A stretch of DNA of 32,000 nt from Nostoc sp. PCC 7120 = FACHB-418. Its GTDB lineage: Bacteria > Cyanobacteriota > Cyanobacteriia > Cyanobacteriales > Nostocaceae. Below, in pieces: positions 16,056 to 26,070 of this stretch. The DNA is taken from NCBI RefSeq assembly GCF_000009705.1, contig NC_003272.1, positions 1,110,001 to 1,142,000 of the forward strand. Direction: 5' to 3'. Numbering within the stretch: position 1 is the first letter of the stretch; each line of letters opens with the position of its first letter. Under the pieces are notes generated by a model. That model was not told the DNA's origin, made no database searches, and saw only the letters and a list, made by a program, of their open reading frames with translations. A program made the position numbers and the translations under genes.

Positions 16056-16110
16056 GTAGGGTGGGCATTGCCCAGCAAAACCATGATACGGTGGGCAATG
16101 CCCACCCTAC
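16056..16110. repeat. Copy 2 (full) of the GGTGGGCAATGCCCACC palindromic dispersed repeat
   Basis: The sequence is gtagggtgggcattgcccagcaaaaccatgatacggtgggcaatgcccaccctac. The outer arms are inverted repeats, and each arm is itself palindromic. Confidence 0.85.
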
Positions 16111-16139
16111 TAAGTAAGTCAACCTCATTAAATATAAAA

Positions 16140-17627
16140 TCACGATGTCAACAAACTCTTACCACGTTGATAAATTTCACGGGCGTAATCAGTCCAAGCA
16201 CCTTGCCCCCAATAGCGGAAACAGCTTGTTTGTAACAAAAGATTGTATAACAGTGCTTGGCGATAATCAGCTTGTTTAGTAATAGATGAAGATGAATCAT
16301 TGAGTAATAGGTGATCAAATTTTTGATGAAATAAACTACTCAATTCATACATAGGAGATAAAACATTTTCGTATCCTTGTACCCAACTGATATGATTTGT
16401 CCAAGAAGCTCCTTCTAAGTGAAAGTTAGGATTAACTTGCTTGATTTCTTGAATGGCATTCTCCACAGCTTCCGGTTGTTTATTATCTGGTGGAACTCGC
16501 TGCCAGATTTGGTGTTGCCCCACTGGCTGGCAAGGAGGAAAGTCTTCAGTTTTCACACCAGCCGCCGCAATTAATTCTAAATATTCGGTGCCACACACCC
16601 CCACAATACCGGATTTTCCACCACCATGATTTACCATATCCCACCAAGCTTGTTTGAAGGCGCTGGGAAATTCATTCATCATTACGCCGCCATTCTCACC
16701 ATCACCAATTTGACTAACTATGGGGGGAATTTCTACATTACCTAATCGACGCTTTGATAAAGTTTTAGCTTCGTAGTATGGCTGCATTTGAGCAACTAAT
16801 TTAGTATCAGAACCTTGAGTTTTAATTAAAGCAATGATACTAATAGTTTCACCTTGGGAATTTCTGGCAATCAAACGATGGGGTAAATGTCTATCAGTTA
16901 AAGATTGTCCATCAATTGTTTCTACAGTATGTTCTTGGACAAGTAACCAGCGATAGCCGCATTCTTTAAGGGCTTTGACAAATTGAAATAATGTATCAGG
17001 GTGATTTGGGAGGTGCATTTCTGGCGGAGAAAAACCTTTAACTCTGGCTAATGCTTCCAGTCCAAAAATTGCCGCAAAGTGTTGTTGCCATGCCAAGATA
17101 TGTAATTTAATATCTTGAATTGGTGTAGAAGGAATGACAGCATGACCCCACATTGTACCCAACCATTCTACATAAGGTTGATATGTGCAATCGCAAGTGA
17201 TCCGCTTGAGACCATCTAAGACATCATTGCGCCCCATTTGCCGGAGTCCCCACAGGAGATTACCAGAGTAATCCAACATCACGCGGGGATTGCAACCTTG
17301 GCTGACAAGTTCGGGGATAAATTCTCCCATGCGGCTGTAACAATAGGCAAAAGCCCCGGCGTTGTGGTTGTCGCCTTGGTGGGGGTGTGCAAACATATAT
17401 TGCAGATTGCTGATCAGTTCACCACCATCACCTGCTGGTATAGTTGGTTGGTGCATATGTAGAGCGATCGCAAATACTGCATTCACATCTTCTAACTTAA
17501 TATTCGTTGTGGGTAAAAAGACTGGCGCATCATTGTTGACAACAGAGAGAACTTCAGCTTCCCAACCAGATATATTTGGTAAACCATCAATCATTTCTGG
17601 CAAGGGAGTATTTTGTAAGGACAGCAT
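16140..17627 (-). CDS. Glycoside hydrolase family 57 protein
   Basis: This 495-aa ORF starts with ATG. The N-terminal FAIALHMHQP motif and overall layout are typical of GH57 alpha-glucan-active enzymes. Confidence 0.85.
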   Translation of the reverse strand: MLSLQNTPLPEMIDGLPNISGWEAEVLSVVNNDAPVFLPTTNIKLEDVNAVFAIALHMHQPTIPAGDGGELISNLQYMFAHPHQGDNHNAGAFAYCYSRMGEFIPELVSQGCNPRVMLDYSGNLLWGLRQMGRNDVLDGLKRITCDCTYQPYVEWLGTMWGHAVIPSTPIQDIKLHILAWQQHFAAIFGLEALARVKGFSPPEMHLPNHPDTLFQFVKALKECGYRWLLVQEHTVETIDGQSLTDRHLPHRLIARNSQGETISIIALIKTQGSDTKLVAQMQPYYEAKTLSKRRLGNVEIPPIVSQIGDGENGGVMMNEFPSAFKQAWWDMVNHGGGKSGIVGVCGTEYLELIAAAGVKTEDFPPCQPVGQHQIWQRVPPDNKQPEAVENAIQEIKQVNPNFHLEGASWTNHISWVQGYENVLSPMYELSSLFHQKFDHLLLNDSSSSITKQADYRQALLYNLLLQTSCFRYWGQGAWTDYAREIYQRGKSLLTS

Positions 17628-17660
17628 TTTAGTTGCTCCGCAACAATGAGTATTGATTAT

Positions 17661-17710
17661 GGTAATTGGTAATGGGTAATTGGTAATGGGTAATTGGTAA
17701 TTCGTAATTA
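17661..17710. repeat. STRR-like heptamer tandem repeat (GGTAATK)x7
   Basis: The sequence is ggtaattggtaatgggtaattggtaatgggtaattggtaattcgtaatta. Confidence 0.85.
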
Positions 17711-17790
17711 ATTTTGCGTTGGTGTGATGTCACCAAAAAATTCCATCAGCTTGTAACTGAGGGAATTTGGGAACTAATTAGAGATTAACG

Positions 17791-18672
17791 TCAAGTTTTG
17801 CGGGCGAATACAAAGGGAAACTTGTTTCCCGAAAAGAAGAAATCACCGAAACGCTGTATTTTCGCCCAAAAGCTCAAGTTTTCATCAGATTTTTGTGGTC
17901 TAATAGCTGGTGGTGTGGCAATTGTTAAAACCAATTCCAGTAACCAAGGGGCTAAACGTTGACACCACACGGCTAAATGACTTTGCCATCCTACTAAAAT
18001 TTCTGGTGCATCTTTTTCTAGTCCAGCAATTAGCGCTTTGGCTACTTCCTGGGGTGTCATGGGAATCACCCAGCGAAATAGTTTTAAGTCACGCACCATA
18101 TCTGTGTCGGTGAGGGATGGTAATAACGCCTTCACCTGGATGTTGTACTCAGCGAGTTCACGGCGTAAGGCTTGAGTAAAGCCTAAGATAGCAAACTTTG
18201 TGGCTGAATAAGTCGCCATTGTCGGTGCAGCCACTTTCCCCATTAAGCTGGAAACATTGATAATAGTTCCTTGTCTTTGACTCGCCATACGTTTGGCGAT
18301 GAGGCTGGTGAGGGTATACATTCCCAGTAAGTTCACAGAAAGTTCCTCTTGTACTTGGGGAAGTTTTGATTGCAAGAATGAACTTTGGTATGCAACGCCG
18401 GCACAGTTAACAAGTAAGTGAATGGGGCCGTAATTCCGCCATAGTTGCGCTATGGCAATGTTTACTTCTGTCGCTTGCGTTAAATCAATTGCCAATGTTG
18501 TGGCTTCGACTCCCATCGCCTCAACTTCCTGGGCGACTTCTCTTAACTTTTGGCGATCGCGTGCCACTAAAATTAATCTGTGTATTCCTTGTTGTGCTAA
18601 TTCTAAAGCGATCGCTCGCCCAATTCCACGGGAAGCCCCAGTAACTAGGGCTACTTTACCTCGAATATTCAT
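17791..18672 (-). CDS. SDR family (short-chain dehydrogenase/reductase) oxidoreductase
   Basis: The ORF starts with ATG. It has the Rossmann motif VTGASRGIGRAIA and the catalytic YSATK (YxxxK). A hydrophobic C-terminal extension of about 60 aa follows. Confidence 0.9.
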   Translation of the reverse strand: MNIRGKVALVTGASRGIGRAIALELAQQGIHRLILVARDRQKLREVAQEVEAMGVEATTLAIDLTQATEVNIAIAQLWRNYGPIHLLVNCAGVAYQSSFLQSKLPQVQEELSVNLLGMYTLTSLIAKRMASQRQGTIINVSSLMGKVAAPTMATYSATKFAILGFTQALRRELAEYNIQVKALLPSLTDTDMVRDLKLFRWVIPMTPQEVAKALIAGLEKDAPEILVGWQSHLAVWCQRLAPWLLELVLTIATPPAIRPQKSDENLSFWAKIQRFGDFFFSGNKFPFVFARKT

Positions 18673-19043
18673 GGATTTTATCCTCCAGAGTCTGCGTTTT
18701 ACCTCAGTTCATCGTTAACTAATCACCATGAGGTAAAACAAATTTTTAGCTGCATTCAATGTCACAACAGCAATTAGCCTCCAGCAACGATATATATGGG
18801 CTAATCTGCATTGGTTGTAGTTCGCAGATTGCAATCAAGTTCTTACATATTTGGCTGAATGGATATGGCTCATAGGTTCTACCTCTTCTAATATCAGAGC
18901 GTTTATCAGCATCGTTGCCTCTACACACGTTAGCAATTAAATCAAGGACTTGCAATATTCTTTAATAAGTATTTCTTAATACTTGTTAACAATCAGATAT
19001 ACAAACAATCTATAGGACTAGTCTTTGATTTCTGGAATATTAT

Positions 19044-19139
19044 GTGGGGTGGGCATCGCCCACCACAACTATGATGCGGCAGGCAATGCCCACTCTACAG
19101 ATACTTAGATATTTTCAATAATCAAATCAGATTCCTATA
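19044..19139. repeat. Copy 3 (extended) of the palindromic dispersed repeat
   Basis: gtggggtgggcatcgcccaccacaactatgatgcggcaggcaatgcccactctacagatacttagatattttc...attcctata is colinear with 27761-27840. Confidence 0.8.
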
Positions 19140-19318
19140 TTTTTATATAAGTTTTTATGAATGCTTTGTGATAAATGTGGTGATCCCCTGACAATCAAAT
19201 AAAAGGTTTTGAATTAATAGAAACTTGTTATATGAAAGACACAAAGAAGACACAAAAAAGAGATATTTTTTAGGGATGATTTCAACTAGTTTGTCGTCAG
19301 CAATATTACTGAAATTGT

Positions 19319-19352
19319 TATTAGTCAGTTGTCAGTTGTTAGTTGTCATTAG
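19319..19352. repeat. STRR-like heptamer repeat (TTAGTCA/GTTGTCA)
   Basis: The sequence is tattagtcagttgtcagttgttagttgtcattag. Confidence 0.6.
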
Positions 19353-19407
19353 AAAATAAGTTGTATACAACATCTGTACATTAATTATTTCCCCCAATCC
19401 CCAATCC

Positions 19408-21039
19408 CTACTCCCTAGTTTCCATCAATTGTTCAGCAGTTAATGACTGCAAAATACTGAGATTTAGAGGAGCTTGGCTAATGGATTGAGCGTAAGGCGG
19501 CTGCAAATAAGAGCGATATTCAGGACTATTGAGTAGATTGGCTTTTAAAAAAGCCACACTTAAAGCCCTGAGATAGGAATAAGCCGCAGTTCTGTCAGGG
19601 CCAAGCAGTCCACTTGGTACAGGTAGGACATTATTCCCTTGGGGTGAATCGCCGATGAGAGTGAAGTGGGTAGCGTTATCAATTAAGACTAAATATTTAT
19701 AGGGGTTAGGAAGCCAAGTAAAAGGGCGAATTTGTTCGGGTACTGGTGGGGCGAAAATATCTTGGCTACCTGCTACCACCATCACAGGAAGTTTAATCTT
19801 ACTGATACCGCTTTCGCCAAAAATAGAGCTACTAATGGGATTAATGGCAATGACTGCTTTAATACGGCTGTCTTGCAACTGATAATCTTGTGGCAATAAT
19901 TGATTAGCTTCACACTGTAACAACAACGATATATTCAAACTAGAATTGTCGGGGTTACAGTCCTGGTTGAGTTGGTTAAAATTTATTTTTGCCCCACCCA
20001 AGGACAAAACCGTATAACCACCAAAAGATTGACCGATCGCCCCAATTTGTTGAAAATTAAGTTTACCCTGGAGCCTGGGATCAGACTTTTCCAAACGCTG
20101 GAGTTCATCTAGAAGCACCTTAATATCTAAAGGTCTGTCAATAAATTCTCTAGGTTCTGGCGGACTGGCCAAACCTGCAAAATATTGCTCGAAGCGTTTA
20201 GCGTTACTACCAGGATGTTCCAATACAGCAACAGCAAAACCGTAAGATGCTAGATGTTCAGCGAGGTAAATAAAACTATAGCGGTCTGAGGCAATACCGT
20301 GAGAAATCACAACCAGGGGGAAAGGTGGTTGTCCTTGAGTATCTGTATTTGCTTGTGGTAAATATAAATCTACTGGTAGACGGCGATTGCGTTGAGGATC
20401 ATTTAAAGTGAAATTGACTATTTGCCAACGAAACTTTCCAGGCGATCGTAAATCTGGCAATTGAGATAAATTTTGATTAGAAACAATAGCTTGAGCTACC
20501 GCGCTTTGTTGCAGAGAAGCAACGACTCTATCCCTATTTTTAGTCAATTGTGACAAGTCATCAACTATTCTCACACCCTCTGAGAAATTCAGCCGCAAAT
20601 TATCACTAGGAAAATTACGTAAAACATTAATAACTGAGAAACCCTGTGGTTTAGCTGCGGATAGAATCAATGCAGAACGCAAAGCATAAAAGCCATTGCG
20701 GCGGGAATCAGTTTGTACTATGTCTCCCAGGCGTTGCAAAACCTGTTCACCGATGGGTGAGTAAGTAATTTGAGATATGAAGGTAGGAGTTACATCAAAA
20801 CGTTGTTGTAGAAATTCTCGTAGTTGCGCCAACTGTGCGGGAGTTGCACGTTGAGCATAAAACTGTAAATCACTATCAATCTTCCCTTCCTTAGCAAAGG
20901 TTTCTAGCGAACTAACAGGTAAAGAAAATTCACCAAAAGGAGGGTAAAAAAGACTGATACGTTCAGCGCTTAAACCTGGTTTAGCAGCAAAACAAGTAGA
21001 CAATAAACCTAAACTCAGATACTTCAAAAACCTTTTCAT
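19408..21039 (-). CDS. Secreted alpha/beta hydrolase with an N-terminal DUF1400 domain
   Basis: The likely start is ATG at 21037-21039 (MKRFLKYLSLGLLSTCFAAKPGLSA, signal-peptide-like), since the track start at 21069 is TTG. The N-terminal ERISLFYPPFGEFSLPVSSLETFAKEG... matches the cyanobacteria-specific DUF1400 as I recall it. The C-terminal half has the nucleophile elbow GQSFGG. Confidence 0.8.
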   Translation of the reverse strand: MKRFLKYLSLGLLSTCFAAKPGLSAERISLFYPPFGEFSLPVSSLETFAKEGKIDSDLQFYAQRATPAQLAQLREFLQQRFDVTPTFISQITYSPIGEQVLQRLGDIVQTDSRRNGFYALRSALILSAAKPQGFSVINVLRNFPSDNLRLNFSEGVRIVDDLSQLTKNRDRVVASLQQSAVAQAIVSNQNLSQLPDLRSPGKFRWQIVNFTLNDPQRNRRLPVDLYLPQANTDTQGQPPFPLVVISHGIASDRYSFIYLAEHLASYGFAVAVLEHPGSNAKRFEQYFAGLASPPEPREFIDRPLDIKVLLDELQRLEKSDPRLQGKLNFQQIGAIGQSFGGYTVLSLGGAKINFNQLNQDCNPDNSSLNISLLLQCEANQLLPQDYQLQDSRIKAVIAINPISSSIFGESGISKIKLPVMVVAGSQDIFAPPVPEQIRPFTWLPNPYKYLVLIDNATHFTLIGDSPQGNNVLPVPSGLLGPDRTAAYSYLRALSVAFLKANLLNSPEYRSYLQPPYAQSISQAPLNLSILQSLTAEQLMETRE

Positions 21040-21534
21040 GAAAATAATCCGCTTGCCTACCTCGTCCAAACAAACTGTGTGTGTCAGTCGTTAGTTGCAG
21101 TCGTTCTTGATCTAGTTTAATGTGCCTTTCCTCCGAACCAAGGCTTAATTAGGGTTCCCAGACTTTTAGCAAGTGGCGCGGCGGTCTTAAATAATATTAA
21201 AACCACTCACCCCTAACCCAACAGTGGATAGAAATTGCCAATGGGTGATACATCACGAATATGCTATTTTCACCATAAAGCAAGTGCTTTCTTTCTTATT
21301 CTCTCATTTGCATTATCAACCATGCTAAATAGTCACATTAATCATTACGTCTCTTAATTACATCTATCCCAGGGAAGCTTATTTTGGGAGAACAAGTGAA
21401 GTAACAGGGAAAAATAAGCGGAAACTCTAGACCACTGAAAACCCACAATCAGTTTCAATTTCCGAAACAGAACTGGCACAATCTGTATACACAAGGTAGG
21501 TTAGTGTTTAAACAACAGCCGCACTCTAGCAGCT

Positions 21535-22485
21535 ATGGTAAAAGAATTAGCAATTCGTACCCGTGGATTAACTAAGCAATTTGAACGACACATTGCTGTC
21601 AATGACGTTGATTTAGAAATCCAAATGGGTGAAGTATATGGGTTAATTGGGCCGAATGGTGCGGGAAAAACAACTCTCATCCGAATGTTAGCAGCAGCTG
21701 AGGAACCAACTACGGGGGAGATTTATATTAATGGGGAACATCTCCGACTTGATAAAAGTAACCCTACTCTCAAGCGTCACCTTGGCTACCTACCTGACGA
21801 CTATCCTCTGTACGAAGATTTAACAGTCTGGGATTACTTAGATTATTTTGCGCGGCTGTATCGCTTACGAGAACCACGCCGCACTCAACGCCTACATGAA
21901 GTTTTAGAACTAATACAACTGGAAAATAAACGTAAAAGCCAAATTTCTACCCTATCGCGGGGGATGAAACAGCGTTTGAGTTTAGCGCGGACGATTATTC
22001 ACGAACCCATTTTACTACTATTAGATGAGCCTGTTTCTGGGCTTGATCCTATTGCGAGAATGCAGTTCCGGCAAATCATTAAAGCGTTGCAAGAAGCGGG
22101 GATGACAATAGTAATTTCTTCCCATGTTTTGAGTGACTTAGCCGAACTTTGTACATCTGTAGGGATTATGGAGTTAGGTTTTTTAGTAGAAAGCGCTTCA
22201 CTGCAAGCACTTTACCAACGACTTTCTCAGCAACAGATTATGTTATCTACATTGGGTAGTTTAGATTCTCTTATGAGTGAGTTAAAAAATTATCCATTGG
22301 TCGAGCAATGTGAGACAATACCGGGAAAAAACAGCATAAGGGTGAATTTTGCTGGTACACAAGATGATTGTGCAGAATTACTGCGATCGCTCATTATTTC
22401 TGGTATTCCCATAACTAACTTTCATTGTACACAAGAAGATTTAGAAAGTATCTTCTTAAAATTAGGACACAAACAAGCATCTTAA
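21535..22485 (+). CDS. ABC transporter ATP-binding protein (ABC-2 / DrrA-like subfamily)
   Basis: It carries Walker A GPNGAGKTT, signature LSRGMKQRLSLA and Walker B LLLDEP, plus a C-terminal extra domain of about 90 aa. Confidence 0.9.
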   Translation: MVKELAIRTRGLTKQFERHIAVNDVDLEIQMGEVYGLIGPNGAGKTTLIRMLAAAEEPTTGEIYINGEHLRLDKSNPTLKRHLGYLPDDYPLYEDLTVWDYLDYFARLYRLREPRRTQRLHEVLELIQLENKRKSQISTLSRGMKQRLSLARTIIHEPILLLLDEPVSGLDPIARMQFRQIIKALQEAGMTIVISSHVLSDLAELCTSVGIMELGFLVESASLQALYQRLSQQQIMLSTLGSLDSLMSELKNYPLVEQCETIPGKNSIRVNFAGTQDDCAELLRSLIISGIPITNFHCTQEDLESIFLKLGHKQAS

Positions 22486-22501
22486 TTAGTCAATATTACC
22501 A

Positions 22502-24214
22502 ATGCCTATTTTTGGAGTTCTTCCAATGATGCAAAATTTTATGTACAAACTAAGCGAATGGAATCCTCAACTGTTACGAGAAGTTAAAGGACGTTGGCAA
22601 CTTCGTAATATTTTATTGGCCGTTGCCGTATCTTTGCTAGGCCAATTCATACTCTTTATCTATTGCCAAACTCAACTACCACCAAACTATATCAATTCCT
22701 CCTATGAATATACCCATAAATATTGTACAGGAGCTACTCAGAACTTTAATTTACCACCATGTTTGTTAGATAAATATGATCGTGTCATTATTAACTGGCA
22801 ACTATGGAGTCAAGATGTCTTTATGTTGCTAAGTTTCACTGCTATCTTGGCTCTCTTGGTAGGAGGAGCTTACTTACTTATCAGCGATTTAGCAACAGAA
22901 GAACGGCGAGCTACACTCAATTTTATTCGACTAAGCCCCCAATCGCCTGAAAGCATTCTCTATGGCAAGATGTTAGGAGTTCCCATTCTCTTGTATTTTG
23001 GGTTATTACTAGCAGTTCCGTTTCATTTATCCTTAGGGATAAACGCGCAAATTCCCTTAATTCAGATTTTTTTCTTCTATGGAATTTTGATAGTATCTAG
23101 CATTTTCTATTATAGTGGAGCCTTATTATTTGGTTTAGTAGGTACTTGGTTAAGCGGCTTTCAATCTTGGTTAGGTAGTGGGTTAATTTTAGGGTTTCTC
23201 TTACTTGCTAAAGCAGCCTTGCGAGATGGCAGAACAGGTAATTATCCATTTACCATCTTTCAGTTATTTAGCCCTAATTATTTTCTAACCGATTATACTG
23301 GTGAATTTGAATTTACTAGGCTTCATTGGTTCGCTATACCCTTGGGAAGAAGTTTTCCTATTATGGTATGCTTCAATATCTTGGTTTATTTAATTGGAAT
23401 TTACTTTTTTTGGCAATCTCTAAACCGTTGCTATAGAGATAAAAATGCCACTATGTTGAGTAAAAAGCAAAGTTATTTATTAACCTCATGCTTTGTTATT
23501 TTTACTTTGGGACTCGCCAATTGGCAAACACAATTCCTAGATAAATCTCACTCTTATTTAGGATTAAAGGAAAATTTAGCTACCTTAATGTTTTTAGATT
23601 TGTGGCTATTTTTGTATCTGATTGCAGCACTTACTCCCAACCGCCAAACCCTACAAGATTGGTCACGTTATCGACATATGTATATGTCCCAGCAGCTAGG
23701 CAAAAGCAAATTAATCAGCGATTTAATTTGGGGTGAAAAAAGTCCGGGCATCTTAGCGATCGCCATCAATGCCATAATTGCTATTAGCTGTTTAATTTTC
23801 TTTACTTTAGTCGTACCAGGATCTACATCTGATAAGCTTATTGTCCTTCTATCTGTAGTTTTTGCAGGTAGTTTAGCCATCATTTATGCAGCCTTGGCTC
23901 AACTACTCCTCTTGATGAAAAATGAACAGAGGCTCTTTTGGGCTAATGGGATGGTAGGCACTGTTATTATTTTGCCACCAATCGTTTTAGCAATGTTGTT
24001 TTCTAACCCTAACTATCAAACTTTTCTGTGGTTATTGTCTGTGGCTGCACCAATAATTATTTTGTACCCATCAACTGGCTATATAACACCAATGACTGCT
24101 TTTTTAGCACTGTTGGGACATGGTGGAATTTTGGGTTTATTAATGTTTCAAATCACGCGTCAGTTGAAAAAGTCTGGAGAATCAGCAACAAAAGCACTGT
24201 TAGCCGGGAATTAA
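22502..24214 (+). CDS. Polytopic membrane protein, probable permease partner of the preceding ABC ATPase
   Basis: It starts 16 nt after the ATPase stop. The 570-aa product has at least 10 hydrophobic helices. I recognise no specific family. Confidence 0.7.
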   Translation: MPIFGVLPMMQNFMYKLSEWNPQLLREVKGRWQLRNILLAVAVSLLGQFILFIYCQTQLPPNYINSSYEYTHKYCTGATQNFNLPPCLLDKYDRVIINWQLWSQDVFMLLSFTAILALLVGGAYLLISDLATEERRATLNFIRLSPQSPESILYGKMLGVPILLYFGLLLAVPFHLSLGINAQIPLIQIFFFYGILIVSSIFYYSGALLFGLVGTWLSGFQSWLGSGLILGFLLLAKAALRDGRTGNYPFTIFQLFSPNYFLTDYTGEFEFTRLHWFAIPLGRSFPIMVCFNILVYLIGIYFFWQSLNRCYRDKNATMLSKKQSYLLTSCFVIFTLGLANWQTQFLDKSHSYLGLKENLATLMFLDLWLFLYLIAALTPNRQTLQDWSRYRHMYMSQQLGKSKLISDLIWGEKSPGILAIAINAIIAISCLIFFTLVVPGSTSDKLIVLLSVVFAGSLAIIYAALAQLLLLMKNEQRLFWANGMVGTVIILPPIVLAMLFSNPNYQTFLWLLSVAAPIIILYPSTGYITPMTAFLALLGHGGILGLLMFQITRQLKKSGESATKALLAGN

Positions 24215-24236
24215 CCAAATGATTTAGTGTGACAAG

Positions 24237-24275
24237 TAAAACCCTGGTTTATAAGGGAAACCAGGGTTTTTAGTT
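24237..24275 (+). terminator. Rho-independent terminator
   Basis: The stem aaaaccctggttt / aaaccagggtttt has a 7-nt loop and is followed by tttttag. It lies 23 nt after the stop at 24214. Confidence 0.7.
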
Positions 24276-24562
24276 TGCCGGAATGATTTTAAGTAAAGAG
24301 ACAAAATTATTTGTAGAATAATTAGAGCAATTATCTCTGACGAAGCGTAATCCATCGTTCTATATATAATTTTGTAAATTTTAGATTCATTTCTTCTATA
24401 CTGACTACATAAAAATCTATATACTTCTACTGTTTAGTTTTTGAATTACAGTAGTGTAAAAAATAGTTATCTTTTAAAATAATCAAATTTGATGCCTATG
24501 TTTACCTTAAGTAATTCATAATTTCTCGTTGAATCACGAACTACGAATTACAAATCAATCTC

Positions 24563-25318
24563 ATGCCGCAAACCAAATCAGCAACGATTGAATTCCGCGA
24601 TGTTACATTTAGCCGTAATCATCGTCCTCTCGTATCCCATCTCAACTTTTCTATCTACGAAGGAGAAGCACTAATATTACTTGGACGTAGTGGTAGTGGC
24701 AAAACTACCACCATGAAATTAATCAATCGCTTGTTCACGCCCACCCAAGGCGAAGTTTTATTTCAAGGAATACCTACAAATCAGTGGGATGAAATTAAAC
24801 TGCGGCGCAAGATTGGTTATGTAATTCAAGAAACTGGCTTATTTCCTCATTTCACCGTAGAACGCAACGTGGGTTTAGTACCAACTTTAGAAGGCTGGCT
24901 ACCCAAACAAATTAAAACGCGAGTTTATGAATTGCTACACTTGGTAGGCTTAGATCCAGCACACTTCGCTCAACGTTACCCTCATGAATTATCTGGAGGA
25001 CAGAGGCAAAGAGTCGGTGTGGCTAGAGCTTTAGCCGCAGACCCCCCAGTTTTATTAATGGATGAACCCTTTGGCGCACTTGATCCCATTACACGCCTAG
25101 AACTGCAACGAGAGTTTCGGCGATTACAACAGGAATTAGGTAAGACAGTAGTTTTCGTTACTCACGATATCCAAGAAGCCTTCGTTTTAGCGTCAAGAAT
25201 TGGGTTAATGTATGGAGGAGAGTTGGTAGTCTTAGGAACAAAAGATGAATTTATGGCTTCCCAGCATCCAGAAAGTCTTGCTTTTCTACAATGTCTACAT
25301 TCTCTACAAACTAGCTAA
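24563..25318 (+). CDS. Osmoprotectant (glycine betaine/choline-type) ABC transporter ATP-binding protein
   Basis: It carries Walker A GRSGSGKTT, signature LSGGQRQRVGVA and Walker B LLMDEP. The sequence is OpuCA/ProV-like but short, with no CBS tail. Confidence 0.85.
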   Translation: MPQTKSATIEFRDVTFSRNHRPLVSHLNFSIYEGEALILLGRSGSGKTTTMKLINRLFTPTQGEVLFQGIPTNQWDEIKLRRKIGYVIQETGLFPHFTVERNVGLVPTLEGWLPKQIKTRVYELLHLVGLDPAHFAQRYPHELSGGQRQRVGVARALAADPPVLLMDEPFGALDPITRLELQREFRRLQQELGKTVVFVTHDIQEAFVLASRIGLMYGGELVVLGTKDEFMASQHPESLAFLQCLHSLQTS

Positions 25319-25324
25319 TTGAAC

Positions 25325-25370
25325 AATTCAAAATTCAAAACTCAAAAAAAATTCAAAACTCAAAATTGAT
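25325..25370. repeat. AATTCAAA/ACTCAAAA short tandem repeat
   Basis: The sequence is aattcaaaattcaaaactcaaaaaaaattcaaaactcaaaattga. Confidence 0.6.
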
Positions 25371-25393
25371 AATAGCTCCCCAAACCCCAATTC

Positions 25394-26026
25394 ATGAAAG
25401 ATTTATTCTTAATTAAGTATGCTCCAGAAATCATACAACACACACTAGAACATTTATTTTTAGTAGGTATTGCTATTAGTATTTCCATTATTATTGGTAT
25501 TCCTTTAGGAATTTTAATCACGCGCCAAAAACAACTGCGGCAACCGATTTTAGGTATAGCTAATATTCTCCAAACTATTCCCAGTTTGGCATTATTTGGC
25601 TTACTCATCCCCGTCCCTGTAATTGGTGGTATTGGCGCGACCCCAGCAATTGTTGCCCTGGCTTTATATTCTCTACTGCCACTAATTCGTAATACTTATA
25701 CAGGGATTTCTGGAGTAGATCCGGCGATTAGAGAAGCTGGACGGGGAATGGGCATGACTGATAGACAATTGTTATTACAGGTAGAAATTCCCTTAGCAAT
25801 GTCAGTTATTTTGGCTGGGGTGCGAGTAGCGACAGTTATCTCTATTGGAATTGCAACTATTGCAGCTGCCATTGGTGCTGGTGGTTTGGGCGTGTTTATT
25901 TTTCGAGGAATTGCTGTGGTCAATGATCAATTAATTTTAGCTGGGGCAGTTCCTGCGGCTGCAATTGCTCTATTGGCTGACTTATTAATTGGATTTCTAG
26001 AGCAAAAATTAAAAGTTAATTCATAA
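25394..26026 (+). CDS. Osmoprotectant ABC transporter permease (OpuCB/ProW-like)
   Basis: The 210-aa product has about 5 TM helices and an EAA-type loop, AIREAGRGMGMTDRQLLLQVEIPLA. Confidence 0.9.
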   Translation: MKDLFLIKYAPEIIQHTLEHLFLVGIAISISIIIGIPLGILITRQKQLRQPILGIANILQTIPSLALFGLLIPVPVIGGIGATPAIVALALYSLLPLIRNTYTGISGVDPAIREAGRGMGMTDRQLLLQVEIPLAMSVILAGVRVATVISIGIATIAAAIGAGGLGVFIFRGIAVVNDQLILAGAVPAAAIALLADLLIGFLEQKLKVNS

Positions 26027-26070
26027 TTAAGTTTTAGAAAAAGTATTATCTTTGTTTAAGTTAATTTATT

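Noticed and set aside
17238-18718. Plus-strand ORFs lie at 17238-17462, 17362-17649, 17910-18113 and 18452-18718.
   Set aside because: They are antisense to the GH57 and SDR genes, which have clear catalytic motifs. No independent support exists.
18746-18955. A 69-aa minus-strand ORF has a Cys-rich C-terminus (EANCCCDIECS). I briefly considered it as a RiPP-like precursor.
   Set aside because: It starts with TTG only, has no adjacent modification, transport or protease genes, and has no recognisable leader motif. It lies in the SDR downstream / hydrolase terminator spacer. Conservation would be needed before calling it.
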